From a virus (Duplodnaviria; Caudoviricetes), in the IMG/VR virus record IMGVR_UViG_3300009169_000019, positions 8,360 through 72,359 of that record: a DNA stretch of 64,000 nucleotides; one strand, 5' to 3'. The notes under the pieces were generated by a model. It did not search any database. It had not been told where the DNA came from and worked only from the letters and a program-made list of their open reading frames with translations. This document shows positions 59,767 through 64,000 of this stretch, in pieces (position 1 is the first letter of the stretch; each line of letters begins with the position of its first letter). The position numbers and the translations under genes are program-made.

Positions 59767-60981
59767 TTATAATGTTTTAATAGATTGTGCAGTACAATCA
59801 ACGTATGAAAGACTACCCACACTTGTAGACATTTTTACATAATATGTTGTAGCTGTAGTTAAACCAGAAATTGTATACGTAATTAAATTAGTTGTTGGAT
59901 TAATAAATGTCTGCGTACTACCTGCTACTAATGTTGTGCATGCAGGATCAGTAAATGTTTGTAATCTATACGTTACTACATATCCGTTTGGTTGAATAAA
60001 ATAAGTTCCTGTAAATGATGTACTAGAAAGTGCATTTAATGAACCCACTGTACATGCTGTAGCAATAGGAGATACACTAACAGTTCGAACAGTATTACAT
60101 ACTAAATCATCATTTGTCAAACTATATGTTAATTGTAATGATAAAGGTGTATATAAATTAATATTTGTAGAAGATAAATCTATAATTACACCGTTGGTAT
60201 TTAAATTTGCTTCTGTAACGTTTACATTAACAGTAAATGTTTTAGGAACGGCAGAACCATCTGTTATTAATAAGGAACCGCCAACAGAATTAACATCTCT
60301 AAATCCACTAGGAATTGTACAATTACCTACAAAAAATAATGTTAATCTTTTGTTTAAAACATCCGGTACCACAGTAAATGAAACAGATACAGAACTACAA
60401 GATGTTACACCTCTTACAGTGAGATAATTACTCATTGCAAGTCTCATATCATTTACTGTAATCCATAAATTTTTAATAGTATCAGCTGCGCTTGCAGGAC
60501 TTACCACCCAATTAGGTACATCTGCCATTGTAGCATAAGGTGCAAACAACGGAGGTTGTGATGCTAATGTAGAAGGAGAATAGAGCTCATCTTGAAATGT
60601 AGTTGCGGATACTAAACTTGTTGAATCACCCGTACCATTTTCTAATGTAAGTAATTGATTACCAATAGCTAATGTAATATCTTCTATGGAATGAACAAGA
60701 CTATCACCCATAATACCTGGAAATGCAAAATCAGGAACTGGATCAACAGCTGTATACAGGTTATTTACACTTGTATTAATTGCTGTCACTGTACTATAAA
60801 GACTATTTAAACTACTAATTAATTGTGTAATATAATTATCATGTTGTATAACCTTATTACCAATTAATCTTGAATAATCCAATGCTTGATCTGCATCATT
60901 CAAAGGAAGTGTAGTAATAGCTGGATCAGGTTGTAACTGAGCTAATAAATTTACTAATATGTCTACTTTAGGTGTTGGCAT
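59767..60981 (-). CDS. structural protein with coiled coil and C-terminal FN3-like domain
   Basis: Heptad-like ITQLISSLNSLYSTVTAIN; C-terminal YTISGLTTATTYYVK. Confidence 0.6.
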   Translation of the reverse strand: MPTPKVDILVNLLAQLQPDPAITTLPLNDADQALDYSRLIGNKVIQHDNYITQLISSLNSLYSTVTAINTSVNNLYTAVDPVPDFAFPGIMGDSLVHSIEDITLAIGNQLLTLENGTGDSTSLVSATTFQDELYSPSTLASQPPLFAPYATMADVPNWVVSPASAADTIKNLWITVNDMRLAMSNYLTVRGVTSCSSVSVSFTVVPDVLNKRLTLFFVGNCTIPSGFRDVNSVGGSLLITDGSAVPKTFTVNVNVTEANLNTNGVIIDLSSTNINLYTPLSLQLTYSLTNDDLVCNTVRTVSVSPIATACTVGSLNALSSTSFTGTYFIQPNGYVVTYRLQTFTDPACTTLVAGSTQTFINPTTNLITYTISGLTTATTYYVKMSTSVGSLSYVDCTAQSIKTL

Positions 60982-61259
60982 TAGGTATTTTGTATTCTAT
61001 TAATAATAGCTTGCAATACATTTGCAAGTGTTCTAGTACCATCTCCAGGTAAAGGAGATAAATCTCCTAAGTTTAATACAGATAAATCAAGTAATGCTTT
61101 ATGATGACATACTTCTTGAGAAGTTTTAAACATAACATTACTCATTGTATCACCTGCACATTCTGGAATACAACATAAATCTGGACCATCCCAGATAACA
61201 CAGTTTGATGCAACTGGTGCACAACTGATGTCTCCTAAATTTGATTTAACTGGTTTCAT
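60981..61259 (-). CDS. small Cys-rich structural protein
   Basis: CAPVASNCVIWDGPDLCC..C.GD; TAATG-coupled to the next gene. Confidence 0.6.
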   Translation of the reverse strand: MKPVKSNLGDISCAPVASNCVIWDGPDLCCIPECAGDTMSNVMFKTSQEVCHHKALLDLSVLNLGDLSPLPGDGTRTLANVLQAIINRIQNT

Positions 61260-61295
61260 ATAATATAATATACACTTTTTTTAAATATTTTCAAA
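61259..61295 (-). promoter_or_regulatory. candidate late promoter TTTG-N19-TATATTAT directly before the ATG
   Basis: Minus strand TTTGAAAATATTTAAAAAAAGTGTATATTATATTATATG. Confidence 0.5.
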
Positions 61296-61310
61296 AAAAG
61301 TATTATTATA

Positions 61311-61586
61311 TTACTCTGCTCCGTTATTTAATGTTTCTAATATTGCACCTTTAACAAATAAGAATACAGTATCGTTAGTTTCTATAAAGTTATATAATAA
61401 TCTTTTATCAGAATCATCTAAAATCAATTCATCTGAATTTTCTAAAGTAACGTACCACCCATAAGCTTTTATAGGATTTTCTATTTTACTAGCTATTGCT
61501 AATATATTTCTTAAAGCTGTTGATAATTTCATACTTTCAGAATTATCAAATGTTTTAATTAGTCTACTAAAATTATATTTTTTCAT
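61311..61586 (-). CDS. hypothetical protein (possible tail-fibre chaperone)
   Basis: 91 aa, downstream of the fibre gene. Confidence 0.55.
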   Translation of the reverse strand: MKKYNFSRLIKTFDNSESMKLSTALRNILAIASKIENPIKAYGWYVTLENSDELILDDSDKRLLYNFIETNDTVFLFVKGAILETLNNGAE

Positions 61587-61603
61587 TTTGTAAAAATAAA
61601 ATA

Positions 61604-61897
61604 TTAAATAAATTCATAAATCAAATGTGGATAAGTTTCTAATAATTTACTTATTACATAATTTTGTAATGCGTTAATTAAATTTGTATAAGGATTAACT
61701 TCTGATTCTTCATAGATTAAATCAGTAATATCAGTATAAGGAATACATCCTTTTACATCACCATTTAAATTTGTAATATTAACATCCATATTTATTTTAC
61801 CATAAGGTTCTAAATGTGGTACCAATACTAAAATAGGATTTTTAAATATTTGTTCATTAGTTGGATTTTCAAACAATCCTGTAATTTTTATTGCCAT
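61604..61897 (-). CDS. hypothetical protein (possible tail-fibre assembly protein)
   Basis: 97 aa, directly downstream of the fibre gene. Confidence 0.55.
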   Translation of the reverse strand: MAIKITGLFENPTNEQIFKNPILVLVPHLEPYGKINMDVNITNLNGDVKGCIPYTDITDLIYEESEVNPYTNLINALQNYVISKLLETYPHLIYEFI

Positions 61898-61918
61898 TTT
61901 ATTTTATTTTTATGTTAT

Positions 61919-64000
61919 TTAAGATAAGATTCCCATATTGCGAAGTTGTACTACTACTTGTCCAATTGTATAGCCATCAAAAGTATCTAAGTCAATTGAG
62001 CCATTATTTGTATAAGTTGCAGCAGCCATAGCAGTAGTTCCTTGTATAGTAGGAGTTGCATTGTACAAACCAATTTTGTTATCGCCTTTTACACAAAGTA
62101 CATCTCTAGAATTATTTGAAAGTTTTAAAAGCGTGTCATTTGCGTTGTTTCGACTTATGGCTTCAATAGCTCTATAGTCAGCTGCGGCTGTTAAAGTTGG
62201 ATTAATGTATATACCTCGAGTGATACCATTTGCACCTCCAGTTTGATTAATAGTTCCCTCTACATTTAACCAACTCCAAGTGGCATTACCTGAAGTAGGT
62301 GCAAAGTTACCAATAACAGTAAGCATATTCATAGCACCGGCTGTAAGAGTATCTAAAGAATTTGCAGGTCTACCAACAGTTAAACTTGGGTAAGACAAAT
62401 TGCCACTAGCGTGTGTGTAACCTATAAATAATCCACCTGAGCCTGTATTAATGGAAGCACCTTTATCTACACTAGGATACATGGCGATTTGAGCTCCACC
62501 AAATGTTATCCGACCTGTGTTATTTATTGTAAATAATGGACCTGGCGTAGAATTCTGTACAATAAAAGCTGTTCCTGTAGTTGCGCTCACTCCTCTTACT
62601 TGAAGAGAAGCTGATAATCCAGTAGTAATTCCTATGCCTAAACCAGCATACGGAATATATTGTGCAATAGTTGCTCCATTTCCAATAGTTATTATATTAC
62701 TTGTATCATTAAATGAACTATTCCCTAACGTATTACGCAGTTGTCCAACTAGTTTTATATTCCCTCGGACATCTAATTTTTCATTTGGAGTACTAGTACC
62801 GATGCCTATTCTCAAAGATGGATCCATAACAAATCCTGATGTTGCAGAAGCATTTCCAAATTCAACTATATTAGATATTTGTGAAGCACCCCCATATACA
62901 CTAAGAGCTATATTACTTCCACCTTGTGTTGCTAATACAACATCTCTTCCTGTTAATGGTAGAGCAAAAGTACTTGGAGCTACAATCAGTTTACCATCAG
63001 AACTTCCTGCATTAATTCGTAATCTATTAAATTGATCTATTACTAATGTAGTATTACCATATAAGTCAATACTTTCTAAAATATTAGCTGTATGTGAAGT
63101 TATAGATTCTAGTAAAATAGTCTTTGATGTAGTAGAAGTAGTTTTTACATGAAGCATAGCTCCTAGACTTGTAGTTCCTATACCCAAGTTACCATTTGGG
63201 GTAAGTTGCATTAATTGTGTGGCAGATTTATACCATCTATAACCATCTACACTAGAAGTATGTAACCCAAAAGCAATTCCTGTAAATGTATTCCCAATTT
63301 GTATATTATTATCCGAAGCTGATATACCTCGTATTGTTTCCGTATAAAAAGAATAACCTCCTGCAAGTTGCATATGCCCTCCCGTAAAGTAAGATGCACC
63401 AACTACATGTAATTTACTTGTAGGAGCTCCTATACCTATACCAACATTACCGTTATTCAACACAGCAAATAAACCCGTAGGTGTAGAATTTTGTACTAAT
63501 AATGCTGTTCCTGTGCTAGCAGATGCACCTTGTACAGCTAGTCTAGCCAAATCGGATGTAGTTCCTATAGAAACATTACCACCGCTACCAAACAATCTCA
63601 TTCTCTCTACACCACCAGCCATAAGTAAGTAATTCATACCACCCATGTCGCCTGAATATGTATTAGGTGTCGAACCGCTAGTTATTCCAAATTCACCGTA
63701 TGTATTCCCATTAGCTCCAATATACCGTATCATAGTTCCAAAAGAAACATCGTTTTGTCGTATAGCTACAGGAATAGTATTCGCCCCTGTTTTTACAATA
63801 TGTAATTGGTGTAAAGGATTAGATGTGCCTATACCTATTCTATTAGCAAATAAATTATTAGCTCCTAAATCTACATTAGCAGTTGCACCCGTATAAGGTA
63901 CATATCCAGTTAAATTAGATGTTAATGCTATAGTTCCAGCAGTATCAGGTAATGTATATATTCTATCTGCTGTATTAGTATTAGTAAAAGATGCGTTAAA
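61919..64000 (-). CDS. tail fibre/receptor-binding protein (5'-truncated by the window edge)
   Basis: Frame stays open for 89 codons upstream of 63733 to the edge (YTLPDTAGTIAL, YVPYTGATANVDLG); repeated GNVGIGT..P..KLHV motifs. Confidence 0.85.
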   Translation of the reverse strand, partial: FNASFTNTNTADRIYTLPDTAGTIALTSNLTGYVPYTGATANVDLGANNLFANRIGIGTSNPLHQLHIVKTGANTIPVAIRQNDVSFGTMIRYIGANGNTYGEFGITSGSTPNTYSGDMGGMNYLLMAGGVERMRLFGSGGNVSIGTTSDLARLAVQGASASTGTALLVQNSTPTGLFAVLNNGNVGIGIGAPTSKLHVVGASYFTGGHMQLAGGYSFYTETIRGISASDNNIQIGNTFTGIAFGLHTSSVDGYRWYKSATQLMQLTPNGNLGIGTTSLGAMLHVKTTSTTSKTILLESITSHTANILESIDLYGNTTLVIDQFNRLRINAGSSDGKLIVAPSTFALPLTGRDVVLATQGGSNIALSVYGGASQISNIVEFGNASATSGFVMDPSLRIGIGTSTPNEKLDVRGNIKLVGQLRNTLGNSSFNDTSNIITIGNGATIAQYIPYAGLGIGITTGLSASLQVRGVSATTGTAFIVQNSTPGPLFTINNTGRITFGGAQIAMYPSVDKGASINTGSGGLFIGYTHASGNLSYPSLTVGRPANSLDTLTAGAMNMLTVIGNFAPTSGNATWSWLNVEGTINQTGGANGITRGIYINPTLTAAADYRAIEAISRNNANDTLLKLSNNSRDVLCVKGDNKIGLYNATPTIQGTTAMAAATYTNNGSIDLDTFDGYTIGQVVVQLRNMGILS

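Noticed and set aside
12795-63896. Numerous short + strand ORFs in the track opposite the large - strand genes (and short - strand ORFs within 1-11.5 kb)
   Set aside because: Antisense shadows of long genes, with no motifs or independent expression signals.
1-64000. Stop-codon reassignment (TAG or TGA), known in some crAss-like phages
   Set aside because: ORFs of 1000-5000 aa are open in the standard code with dense packing, and TAG serves as a plausible stop (e.g. 43023, 2926).
1-64000. tRNA, rRNA, integrase, terminase, portal or major capsid genes
   Set aside because: None recognised; intergenic gaps show no cloverleaf, and the head and packaging genes presumably lie outside the window.

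Overview
AT-rich segment of a crAss-like (Crassvirales-type) phage of a Bacteroidota host, read in the standard genetic code. Bases 1-11509 (+ strand) are a replication and nucleotide-metabolism module: Sak4-like ATPase, putative SSB, primase, HNH, thioredoxin, PD-(D/E)XK nuclease, family B DNA polymerase, dNMP kinase, dCTP deaminase, a SplB-like radical SAM enzyme and a stand-alone receiver-like domain. It converges at a bidirectional terminator (~11492-11523) on a - strand virion module. That module holds a tail fibre, Cys-rich and FN3 structural proteins, a metallophosphoesterase, an HU/IHF-like protein, tail ring and stabilisation proteins, three cargo-like proteins punctuated by a repeated 'phi-x-x-G-G' motif, and giant ejection proteins including a 5012-aa DFDID-type virion RNA polymerase. 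Most notable: (1) consecutive giant proteins end in a Cys-tipped helix and the next begins MA(T)C, and one such junction appears to split a conserved domain around a free-standing GIY-YIG endonuclease; (2) the xxGG-punctuated modular polyproteins; (3) NADAR, ASCH and nucleotidyltransferase cassettes in the injected proteins. All family assignments come from motif recognition by eye; no searches were run.
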